From positions 1,192-65,191 of the IMG/VR virus record IMGVR_UViG_3300008267_006855: a DNA stretch of 64,000 nucleotides; one strand, written 5' to 3'. The notes under the pieces were generated by a model that was not told where the DNA came from, ran no database searches, and was given only the letters and a program-made list of their open reading frames with translations. Position 1 is the stretch's first letter. Each line of letters begins with the position of its first letter. This DNA comes from a virus. Its lineage: Duplodnaviria; Caudoviricetes. Shown here piece by piece: positions 39,855 through 49,200 of the stretch. Made by a program: the position numbers and the translations under genes.

Positions 39855-40190
39855 TTATTGGTTAGTTGGTACAACTTCTAAAATTGATAAAAATACATCG
39901 CAGGCACTATTTGCAGAAGGTTTAACTTTAACCGCATCTCCTGCCTGAAGAACTAATTTTTGTTCTAGACCTGCGACAACAAGAGAACCACCAACAGGAA
40001 TTGTGGCATTAGCAACCATGTAGTAATCGATTGATTCACGGGTAATAAAAACGTTTGCTTCATATGGTGTTCTTGATGTATTTGCAATAATCAAACCAAC
40101 GCCTATTGTTTGTGTCGATGCAGGCACAGTATATACTGTTGCACCTGATGTTGTAACATTTTTTGAAGGATATGATTTAAAAGTATTCAT
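39855..40190 (-). CDS. Small beta-rich virion adaptor protein
   Basis: MNTFKS...VYTVPAST..IGVGLIIAN...KLVLQAGDAVKV...SILE. Confidence 0.75.
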   Translation of the reverse strand: MNTFKSYPSKNVTTSGATVYTVPASTQTIGVGLIIANTSRTPYEANVFITRESIDYYMVANATIPVGGSLVVAGLEQKLVLQAGDAVKVKPSANSACDVFLSILEVVPTNQ

Positions 40191-40203
40191 TTATATTCCT
40201 ATA

Positions 40204-40581
40204 TTAACTTAAAGCAACTGAAACTGCTAAAGCATCATCTAAAATTCTTTGTCTAAATTGTATGATTGCGGTACCACCAACAGACCCCGTTATGACAAGA
40301 TTATTTCCTGTTATTGTATCTGCAACAGTCAAATCGTTACCAACATTTGCACTATTTGTAACTTGTAATGATGTTCCTGGTCCTGTCATCAATACATTAC
40401 CAGTAAATAATGCGGTATTAGAAACTTGCAGACCTACACCAGAACCATTCAGTACAAGTGTACCTTCCATTGTGTAGGTACCTTTGCTAAGACGATTTAG
40501 TTCGTTAGCAATGTCATTGGTGTTAATCATCCAATCGCCAAATGTATTGGCGTAACTTAGAACGGATACGGTATTTGCCAT
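40204..40581 (-). CDS. Short fibre-base protein
   Basis: NTFGDWMINTN head; hydrophobic C-terminus DDALAVSVALS. Confidence 0.7.
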   Translation of the reverse strand: MANTVSVLSYANTFGDWMINTNDIANELNRLSKGTYTMEGTLVLNGSGVGLQVSNTALFTGNVLMTGPGTSLQVTNSANVGNDLTVADTITGNNLVITGSVGGTAIIQFRQRILDDALAVSVALS

Positions 40582-40802
40582 TATTGTTTATCTATCAGTA
40601 GACGTATTAAGGATTTGATTTCACCAATATCATTCTTTAATTCTGTAATTTCACTATTCATCTTATTTATCTGCTCTTTTTGTGCTCTCAAAAGTTTGAC
40701 TTTATTATAATATTCATTCTTCTCATTAACATCTGTATTCATAATAGCCATACTTTTTGTGTCACGAATAAAATTGGTTCCGGTTACTTTTACCAAGGCC
40801 AT
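40581..40802 (-). CDS. Small coiled-coil protein following the VrlC-like gene
   Basis: 73 aa, RDTKSMAIMNTD...LKNDIGEIKSLI. Confidence 0.7.
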   Translation of the reverse strand: MALVKVTGTNFIRDTKSMAIMNTDVNEKNEYYNKVKLLRAQKEQINKMNSEITELKNDIGEIKSLIRLLIDKQ

Positions 40803-40803
40803 A

Positions 40804-43800
40804 TTATAGTCCTATTCCTGAAGGTAGAGCAAGTGCTCGGATGTCTGATAAAAATGGTACATTTGTTCTGTCTGATGTTGCAAGGACAATCTTGATTGCA
40901 AACTGACTGAATTCTGTATATACTTGACCATTTGTACTTGTATAAGAAATATTATTATTTGCACCAAAACCCCACATACCAGGTCCAACCTCATATTCAA
41001 TCATATTTGTTCTATCTTTTGAATATGAAGTTGTCAGATTTACTGGTGCCATGAGCTGCCACTCTTGTGCTTCAAATTGCTCTGTGTCATTACGGTTTTG
41101 TATTTTGTAATACACATAAACTTCTGAACCTAATGGTTTGTAAGCAGTATAGTAAACTCTTAAATCGCCAGAATCATTTTCTGGTGTGAGAATGACTTTC
41201 TTGGTGAAATATTTTGCAAATGCAGGACCACCGTCTGGTGAAGTTTCACCAACAACAGTTACTATCGCATTTGAACCATTTCCTGATGCATCAACTAAAG
41301 AAACTGTAGGTGTTTTTGCATATCCTGAACCAGGGTATGTTACAAATACAGTTTCAATGGCACCTGTTGATGTATTTGTTGTAAAGTCGAGCACAGCACG
41401 GTCTATACCAAAATCTGGTGCGCTTACTGTAATCGATGTTGCATTTGCGTTATAATTTGCACCACCATTAACAATATTAATTAACGAATCACTTTCAATA
41501 CCAAGATTGTTAACATATTGTTGAATATTGAACAGAGATAGTCCGTCATCTGCCAACAATGGGCTTAAATTTGGATCTGAAGAAGAAAGTGTTGCAAACA
41601 ATTGGAAAGAATTGCTTGAAGATTTTTTCAGAATACGTTCACCAAGGCCATCTGAGAAATAGATGTTATCTTGTAATGGTGTTCCCATTTTACCTGGTGT
41701 AACAGATGTTGGTGCAGTTACACTCAAATCACTCGACAATGTTGTACTGTAAGTATAATTGATATTTGTAAATGTTGGTACAAAATCAGTTGTACTTAAA
41801 TTAAAAGCGTGCATCGGACTTGTTGGTGCACCATTCTGATTAACAGCATTTGAAATTAATTCTTTGTCAATTGAAGAAAGAACATCACTTGAACCTAATT
41901 TGTTTGCTGGTAAACCTTCTGGTGTAACAAACTGCAATCTTGGTGTTTTTGTTGTATCAAATACACATTGCTCAATTACAAACATCAAGTCTTTAGATTG
42001 ATCAGCAGTCCATGTCATGGAGTTCTGTGATTCAAATAGAGCACCAATATATGGTGAACCACCAATTTTGGTTGGTTGACTTGGTGCTGCATCTGTTGGC
42101 AAAGCTTTTGCAGTAGAAGAAATAGCAACTTGATTTTGTTGTGCATAGTACACATAGTAATCAGATGTACCAGCAGAAATCAATATTGCATAGAGAACAC
42201 CAGACTGCACATAAACTGGAGCTGGGAATTTAAACTCAGTATATGATGTTGGATCCAAATAATGTGGATTGTTTGAAGTTACAACATCGTCTGCATCTAA
42301 TGTAACTCTAGAATAATCTAGAGTATTTCCGTTTGGTTGACCATTTAATGTATTGACAATACCAACTGTGATTGGAAGTATTGGTCTTACGTTACCAGGG
42401 AATGGCGAAAAGAACAGTTTAACAGAGCTTAAGAAAACACCGTTTGGATAGTTTTCTTTAGATATGATAAATGTTTGTGCAATTGGATCATTAGGTGATT
42501 GTGATTCAACAACATTGTATGTCTGCAAACTTAGTGGTGTAAATTTCTTAGAAGAAGAATCTACAGATGGAGAGAAGTTTGAAGAATTTGTTGTTTGTAT
42601 TGCACCTGCAACAAATGTTGATTCAGCATATGTTGTTGCTGTTTCTGGTGCACCTGCACCACTTCTGTTGTCTATGCGGAATACACGGGAGCCAATATGA
42701 AATACGGAACCTGGTATATTAAAGATTGCAATAAACTGACCTTTTTCATCCGTTGTCAAAGAAGCAGGACGATCACCTTCACGAATAACATCTGCATAAC
42801 TTGCAGCCTGACCTTTGACAGAATACTTTGCAGTAATATTACCAACAGAAGCACTTCTACCAAAAGATATCTTTAGTGCTTTATTAACTGTTACTGTGCG
42901 GGTTTCGCCATCATATTCTGTAACTGTTGCATAATCAGTATCAACAGCACTTAAAATAAGTGTTTTGTCTTTAATTGATTGTGCCGCATCGTAAATTGGT
43001 TGCCAAGTTGCCATTTGTGTACGCCACAATGCTACCCAGCCTGCGTCACCATCACCGCCTATCGTTGGTCTTGGTGGAACATAAATTGCACCAAACTTAT
43101 ATTCATACAAATAAGTAGATGTCACAGTAATTGTTGCACCAGTATAATATGCATCAATATTACTTGCAGCTTTGTCTAACTGAAACTTTGTAACGCCGAT
43201 GAAATATGACCCACCATCAGGCATCTTGTATTCTGTACCAATCGCATCAAAATTCAAACCATTTGGTGTTTGTGTATTCCAAAACATTGTTCCATCAGGT
43301 CCGGTTATTGTCATTGCAAAACCTGCAACGGATTCTGCATTGTTAATAGACCAAGTTAAAGTTTTTGTTCCTACTGTTGCGGTATAGTTATAAGTATATT
43401 CTGTATTTCTTGCTGCAACGTTTATGATTTGTGTGCCATTGATACTTACTGTTCCTGTACCTGTTGCGTATACTCTGACAGTATAAACACCTGCTGTTTC
43501 TATCTCAAGTGGATATGTTGGAGCATATGGGTTTGCATTACTTTGATTACCCCAAACAGAATATTGATTAAACCATGTTGGTTTTCCGTTTAGATTGGCT
43601 GTTTTAAATATGTTTTGAGCAACAGCAGAAACGGATGAAGTAAATGTTCCACCAACACCAGCTACTGTTCCTGAATTATGTGTACTTGTGAAACTTCCAT
43701 TCTCAAATACAATTGTTCCTCTTGCAGAAGAACTAATGTAATTTCCAGCAATATCAAAAGTTGCGTTGATTAGAATGTCAGATGTTACATACTCTGGTGG

Positions 43801-46800
43801 ATTTACAATTTCTCCAACATACAAACGAACACTTGTTCCATTTGGATATTTGTAAACACCAGCTACACGACAAATTGGGAAGAATTGATCTGCATTGTCA
43901 TCATAAACACCAACAATATCATCTTCAAAGAATTTGCCTGTCACATTGATTAATTCAATTGTATTTGGCAATGTCATGTAAGAATCTACATTATATCCAT
44001 CAAACCAACAAGAAACTGGAGTATTAATCTTCATGCCTTTTGCACGAACAATAATTTCTTGTGGTTGTATGTGTGGAAGAACTGCGTTATTTGTTATATA
44101 ACCTTTGTTCTGTGCAAGACCTTCTGCCGCTGAGGAAGATGCATCAGCAGCCATTAGTCCTTGTGTTTGTTTTACATAAGAATCTTCGATGGCCTTTTTA
44201 GTTTCATTTACGGATGCTGTTGTACCTATAACTGATTGCCAATCACCAGCATTTAATAAATTAATACCACCATATTGTTGTTCAAATTGCATATTTGGAT
44301 TTGCAATTGTAATTTGTGGTGGTTGATTGGTATTAACCCAATTGTCCATTGGTGGGTTAAGTGTCATAACACCTTCATATAAAGCAACATCAAATGGGTT
44401 ACAACTAATTGCACCACTTGCTAATTGTTGCTTTACTAGGCTTCTCTGTGTATATGGTAAAGTATATACGTTGGTACGACCACCTGCCATGCTATGTGCA
44501 GTATATGTGTTTGTTTTCTTTATTGTACCAAATGAATTTATTGTAGAAGGATCTTGCAATGCAAACTTGTCAACATAATTTAATGCGGTCATCTGCTTCT
44601 TGCGGATATTGATGTTTGCAGAGAAGTTTTTGGCTGTACTGTCTGCTGTACCAAAAGATGAGAAGTCATCAACAAGAATACCGTTTTTGAAACGATTTAA
44701 TCCATTTTCATCTGGAATCTGTAGTGCTTGTGCATTTGATTCTAACAGATTTAATGATGTATAGTATTCAAGATTATCAACTTGATTCTGTAATCTTGTA
44801 ATATCTTCTTTTGCCCAACGTTTATGAAGAATCTTATTGATGGAAATATTTGAAGGAGATGTTCTTAAAACAACACCAAAACGACCTTGTCCTGGAATAT
44901 AATTTGGTCCTTCATTTGGAACATATGCAGTATATGGATCATATGTAATGTTTGCAAGAACCAATGCACCATCTGGTTCAGCAGGCAATAAAGGATTGAG
45001 AGAAGGTGTTCCTCTTATTAACAAGAATTTACTATCTTTTGTTAGAACAAGTTTGTCTTTTCTACCAAGATAATAAGAATAATTACACAAATAATTTGTT
45101 AGTGCATTAGGTATTAATGTACCCTTAATGTTAACGTTATTTGAATTGGTTATTGTTTTGTACTCCCAAACATAACCAGTTTGTAGATTTGAACGGCATG
45201 GTCTAAAGTCTAAACAATCTCTCAGATTGTAGATGATACCATTCTTTGCAACATATCTTGGAATTTCTGGATAAGTTTCTGGTAATGCAGAACTTAAATA
45301 TGAATTAACGCTAAAGTATCCATCGCCGCCAGAGTGTTGATAATAATCAAAAATAACAAGAATGTTGCCTTTTGGTTTTGTAACACCGGGTTGCATTTTT
45401 AGTGTTGAATGGTCATAGAAGTTATCTCTTTGTCCATTATCCAACAAGAATGATGTTGTAATATCTGTATAATTTGCAAGAGATATTGCATTGTTTGGTG
45501 TTGCAGAACCAACATCTAAAATTGCTTTAATTTTCTTAACATCATTGACATACAAACTCATTGGAGTTGTTGTGATGCCTTCATTTTTAATTAATATTTG
45601 TGCGCTTTCTAAATCAACTAAAGTATTTGCAACAACTGTAGTAAATGCAGAACCAGCGTGAGTTGTGTTACCTTGAATTAAGTCTTTATTCTTTAATATA
45701 AGGTTAGTATTGTTTCCGTTAGAAACAAATACAGATGCATAAACATCAATACCATAAGTGATATTTGCAAATGCAGCAGATGTGAAGACTGCACTAGTTG
45801 AAGATGTTAATGTAACACTATTTGCAGTTGTGTTGAATGGTAGAATTTCTCCAGTTGAACGGTTGACAACAGTAAACAATTGTTTAAATGTGTCACCATA
45901 AATTGGTGTGTTTAATGAACCATGAAACTGTATTGGAGAAATTGTATTAATTGTAAATGTATTACTTACAGGGGAGAAACCAACATTTCTGAATATCTGT
46001 GTAGAATAGTAGGACGAATCATTTACGTTGGCTGTGTAATCATAACCAACTTTGAAAATTAATTCTGGTGCTTCTGGTGCTTCAAATACAGTATCACCTG
46101 TACCTTCTATCTTACCATCTGGACTTATATTTGCCCACGAAGTTAGATCCCAATTGCTTGTGTTAACTTGTGTTAGAGATTCGACATCTTTTGTTTGAAA
46201 GTCTAATGCAAATGTGCTTGTGTTATCTGGTGTAATATTCCATTCAGTATCTACAGTAAATGTTTTTGTTGAACCATTATAATCTGTAACATATCTAAAG
46301 TCGCCAGAGTTTGTTCCACCAGTAATAACTAACTTAACACCAATATAAGCATTATTTGATGTAGAAAATTTGCTTGTTGCATCTAAAATTTGCAATGTTG
46401 TGGTAGTTGCTGTGTTTGCAACTCCAGTCAAAGTATAAAGATTAACATCACAAACATGAGCATTAAATGTATAATTTGCAGTATTAGAACCTGTTCCAGA
46501 TACAAAATCAAATGAACGAATTAATGCTTTACCAATTAATGTAGAATTATATCCTGCTTGATTTGTTTCATTAACCAAATCTGCTTCAACACAATGCAGA
46601 TCAACATATTCCATTTGTGTTGAATTAAATAAATTGTTTGCATTATCGACAATAAAATAACTTCCATAATTAATAAAAATGGAAGCTGGGTCTACTAGTT
46701 TTGTATCTCTTGCACGGTCACCGACAAGTCTTAATTGAGATTGATTTTCAATACGATAACCACGAACATAAGCAATACCTTTGCTAATAGTTAAGTCGTA

Positions 46801-47808
46801 TTTTGAACCATCACCATCTTCATTTGGTTCTGGTATAAGTTTAAAATCTTCAACAACATAATCACCATTTGATTCATAATCACGCTTTGCAAAATAATCA
46901 TCGATTGCAGAGTAAACAGTAGAATCGGTTTGCTTTAGAATTTTACCATCTTCAATACGCATTAATTCAATAAAGTTATCATCGTTGCCAGGTGTTAATT
47001 CAATTGCAGTTAATTCTAAGTTAATTTGATAACGGTCTGCACCTGGTGCTTGATAATTTGAGTAACCTGATGCTGGATCTAGTAAAGATATGTCATCTGA
47101 ACTTGTAATTGTATTTTCAACAATTAATAAACCAACACGATATGATGGTGTATTGTCGTATTTTTCTAGAATAATTGTCTGTGGTTGTACATTTACAAAA
47201 TTACCAATTTGATATTTTGAGGTTGTACCATCAGCATTTTCGACATCGTTATATCCATTAACAACATAAAAGACACCTTCTGAGATAGATGCAACAGAAG
47301 ATCTACCAATAGATGTAACTCCACCAGCAACTCCAATTGTGGTTGCTAAAGGTGCGGTAACAGATAAACCACCAGAGTTGATTCGAACATTCATTGCATC
47401 AGAGAATTTTCCACCAGATGTATATGATACAATAAGAGTTGGTGGATCACCAGGAGTTATAGCATTTCCTGTGGCTTCAGCATATGCAATAACTTTTGCA
47501 GAAACGGTTCCGGTGTCATCAGTAATTGTTTTACCTAAGAACTGGTCTAAAACAATAGAAGAACCTTCAATGAATTGATTTAACTTGATATATTCACAAA
47601 TAAGGTTTGTGGTAATTTTACCACCAGTAACGGGTGTATTTTGTGAATAAATTGCAGAAGCAAACTTTGAGATTTGATTCTGAAGAATCGTTTGAGATTG
47701 TGTTAACTCTCTTGCTTGAACTGCAACACCAGGTTTGAATAGAATCCTATGATAGTTTTTATTAGGATCGTAATCGTCATAGTAAGGTTCTACATTGTAA
47801 TTTTTCAT
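40804..47808 (-). CDS. Giant baseplate-associated structural protein (VrlC/DUF4815-like)
   Basis: 2334 aa; N-terminal YNVEPYYDDYD..KNYHRILFKPG.AVQARELTQ.Q, APGADRY, RFKNGILVDDF and DPIAQTF motifs typical of this family in T4-like phages. Confidence 0.85.
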   Translation of the reverse strand: MKNYNVEPYYDDYDPNKNYHRILFKPGVAVQARELTQSQTILQNQISKFASAIYSQNTPVTGGKITTNLICEYIKLNQFIEGSSIVLDQFLGKTITDDTGTVSAKVIAYAEATGNAITPGDPPTLIVSYTSGGKFSDAMNVRINSGGLSVTAPLATTIGVAGGVTSIGRSSVASISEGVFYVVNGYNDVENADGTTSKYQIGNFVNVQPQTIILEKYDNTPSYRVGLLIVENTITSSDDISLLDPASGYSNYQAPGADRYQINLELTAIELTPGNDDNFIELMRIEDGKILKQTDSTVYSAIDDYFAKRDYESNGDYVVEDFKLIPEPNEDGDGSKYDLTISKGIAYVRGYRIENQSQLRLVGDRARDTKLVDPASIFINYGSYFIVDNANNLFNSTQMEYVDLHCVEADLVNETNQAGYNSTLIGKALIRSFDFVSGTGSNTANYTFNAHVCDVNLYTLTGVANTATTTTLQILDATSKFSTSNNAYIGVKLVITGGTNSGDFRYVTDYNGSTKTFTVDTEWNITPDNTSTFALDFQTKDVESLTQVNTSNWDLTSWANISPDGKIEGTGDTVFEAPEAPELIFKVGYDYTANVNDSSYYSTQIFRNVGFSPVSNTFTINTISPIQFHGSLNTPIYGDTFKQLFTVVNRSTGEILPFNTTANSVTLTSSTSAVFTSAAFANITYGIDVYASVFVSNGNNTNLILKNKDLIQGNTTHAGSAFTTVVANTLVDLESAQILIKNEGITTTPMSLYVNDVKKIKAILDVGSATPNNAISLANYTDITTSFLLDNGQRDNFYDHSTLKMQPGVTKPKGNILVIFDYYQHSGGDGYFSVNSYLSSALPETYPEIPRYVAKNGIIYNLRDCLDFRPCRSNLQTGYVWEYKTITNSNNVNIKGTLIPNALTNYLCNYSYYLGRKDKLVLTKDSKFLLIRGTPSLNPLLPAEPDGALVLANITYDPYTAYVPNEGPNYIPGQGRFGVVLRTSPSNISINKILHKRWAKEDITRLQNQVDNLEYYTSLNLLESNAQALQIPDENGLNRFKNGILVDDFSSFGTADSTAKNFSANINIRKKQMTALNYVDKFALQDPSTINSFGTIKKTNTYTAHSMAGGRTNVYTLPYTQRSLVKQQLASGAISCNPFDVALYEGVMTLNPPMDNWVNTNQPPQITIANPNMQFEQQYGGINLLNAGDWQSVIGTTASVNETKKAIEDSYVKQTQGLMAADASSSAAEGLAQNKGYITNNAVLPHIQPQEIIVRAKGMKINTPVSCWFDGYNVDSYMTLPNTIELINVTGKFFEDDIVGVYDDNADQFFPICRVAGVYKYPNGTSVRLYVGEIVNPPEYVTSDILINATFDIAGNYISSSARGTIVFENGSFTSTHNSGTVAGVGGTFTSSVSAVAQNIFKTANLNGKPTWFNQYSVWGNQSNANPYAPTYPLEIETAGVYTVRVYATGTGTVSINGTQIINVAARNTEYTYNYTATVGTKTLTWSINNAESVAGFAMTITGPDGTMFWNTQTPNGLNFDAIGTEYKMPDGGSYFIGVTKFQLDKAASNIDAYYTGATITVTSTYLYEYKFGAIYVPPRPTIGGDGDAGWVALWRTQMATWQPIYDAAQSIKDKTLILSAVDTDYATVTEYDGETRTVTVNKALKISFGRSASVGNITAKYSVKGQAASYADVIREGDRPASLTTDEKGQFIAIFNIPGSVFHIGSRVFRIDNRSGAGAPETATTYAESTFVAGAIQTTNSSNFSPSVDSSSKKFTPLSLQTYNVVESQSPNDPIAQTFIISKENYPNGVFLSSVKLFFSPFPGNVRPILPITVGIVNTLNGQPNGNTLDYSRVTLDADDVVTSNNPHYLDPTSYTEFKFPAPVYVQSGVLYAILISAGTSDYYVYYAQQNQVAISSTAKALPTDAAPSQPTKIGGSPYIGALFESQNSMTWTADQSKDLMFVIEQCVFDTTKTPRLQFVTPEGLPANKLGSSDVLSSIDKELISNAVNQNGAPTSPMHAFNLSTTDFVPTFTNINYTYSTTLSSDLSVTAPTSVTPGKMGTPLQDNIYFSDGLGERILKKSSSNSFQLFATLSSSDPNLSPLLADDGLSLFNIQQYVNNLGIESDSLINIVNGGANYNANATSITVSAPDFGIDRAVLDFTTNTSTGAIETVFVTYPGSGYAKTPTVSLVDASGNGSNAIVTVVGETSPDGGPAFAKYFTKKVILTPENDSGDLRVYYTAYKPLGSEVYVYYKIQNRNDTEQFEAQEWQLMAPVNLTTSYSKDRTNMIEYEVGPGMWGFGANNNISYTSTNGQVYTEFSQFAIKIVLATSDRTNVPFLSDIRALALPSGIGL

Positions 47809-47817
47809 TTATCTACC

Positions 47818-49188
47818 TTAAAAACTTAAAACGAGTCTGAGTTGTTCATTACCATTTGGTGATCTTTGCACAGGACTTCTATTTTCGACATACATTAGAT
47901 ATCCGGAGCCTATCGCAATTTCGGTTGGATCATATTGAACGGATACTCTTGTGGTACCAGAAGTTGCACCAATAATTGCTTCACCCAATGTATGTGTACC
48001 TTGTGTATTTATTAGATGTAATATATTGTTTGATGAGTCCCAAGAACAAACTTTTCCTATAAATGATGCTTGATATAGGTTAGCACCTTGATATACTTGT
48101 TCACCCACACTATAGTTTCCTGCTCCAAAGGTTACATAACACAAATCTGTTGTATTATATATTGTTCCAGTAGGAATACTACCTGTTTTTAATTGAGGGT
48201 TTACAACAATTCCAACCTGTCTAAAAGAGATGTCTGTTGGTATTTTTTCACCTTCCGTACCATTCAGTTCAACCGAAATCATCAATCGGTCACATCCTAA
48301 TTCCGAAATTGGATCTGAACCATGGCCACCGACTGGAGAAATTATAGGAATTGCTGTTGCGTTTGCACCAGGATAACCAGCGGGTACTGTTATTGTTGCT
48401 GTTGCATAAGTGTAATTGTTTCCGGTTTCAGTAACAATAATGTCTTGGACTTGACGGTTGTATACATTTGCATATGCTTTTGCACCTTGGCCGTCACCAG
48501 TTATTGTTACTACAGTAGAATCTGTTCCATTAGTATAATTGTTGCCTCTGGTGACAACATTAATAGCATTAATCTCACCCAAACCGGCTGGTCTTGTAGA
48601 ATCTGCTCTGGCTTGACCTACGGTTAATGGCATCCATGTGTCATCAAAAAAGTTTTTCTTCAATCCTTTGTCAATTGTGGTTACATATATCCATTTGTAA
48701 CCATCTGCAAGAATTAGTGTTTGTCCTGGTTGTGTTGTTCCAGGTTGTAGAATTGGTTCTACTGTTGAATTTCCATCGTTATTATTATAAAGACATTTAA
48801 AAATTTGATCAAAACGATTTCTAACATAAAATTTTTGAATTAATTTTTTATACTCATCTCTAGCAAACATATCTTCATAATCTTTGTAATAGTCATAGAC
48901 TGTTCCTGTCGTCCAATCAATTCTTTCAACTACTGGACACATATTTGAAGATGTGATGAGTTTAGCTGCAATCATATTCTTTAGAATACCTTTGACTACA
49001 ACCTGATTTTGTGTTGGTGCTGGTGGATCAGTATCATCCAACCAAGGATCTACGCTACCAATAAACATATAAGAACTGGTATCGTGTTTTGGTGAATAAC
49101 CTGAACCAGAAACAACGAAGAAATAACCTGATTCGACCTGTGCTGTCGAAGCGTAAGTTGTTAGTAATCCTTTAACGACATTTGCCAT
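47818..49188 (-). CDS. gp8: Baseplate wedge subunit gp8-like
   Basis: RIDWTTGTVYD.Y, FKCLYNNN, DGYKWIY, GGHGSDP..ELG, YVENRSPV.R; expected position. Confidence 0.85.
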   Translation of the reverse strand: MANVVKGLLTTYASTAQVESGYFFVVSGSGYSPKHDTSSYMFIGSVDPWLDDTDPPAPTQNQVVVKGILKNMIAAKLITSSNMCPVVERIDWTTGTVYDYYKDYEDMFARDEYKKLIQKFYVRNRFDQIFKCLYNNNDGNSTVEPILQPGTTQPGQTLILADGYKWIYVTTIDKGLKKNFFDDTWMPLTVGQARADSTRPAGLGEINAINVVTRGNNYTNGTDSTVVTITGDGQGAKAYANVYNRQVQDIIVTETGNNYTYATATITVPAGYPGANATAIPIISPVGGHGSDPISELGCDRLMISVELNGTEGEKIPTDISFRQVGIVVNPQLKTGSIPTGTIYNTTDLCYVTFGAGNYSVGEQVYQGANLYQASFIGKVCSWDSSNNILHLINTQGTHTLGEAIIGATSGTTRVSVQYDPTEIAIGSGYLMYVENRSPVQRSPNGNEQLRLVLSF

Positions 49189-49200
49189 AATTTTTACTTA

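Noticed and set aside
1-40000. Invertase-driven tail-fibre shufflon
   Set aside because: All modules are in direct orientation; no recombinase gene or inverted crossover sites were seen.
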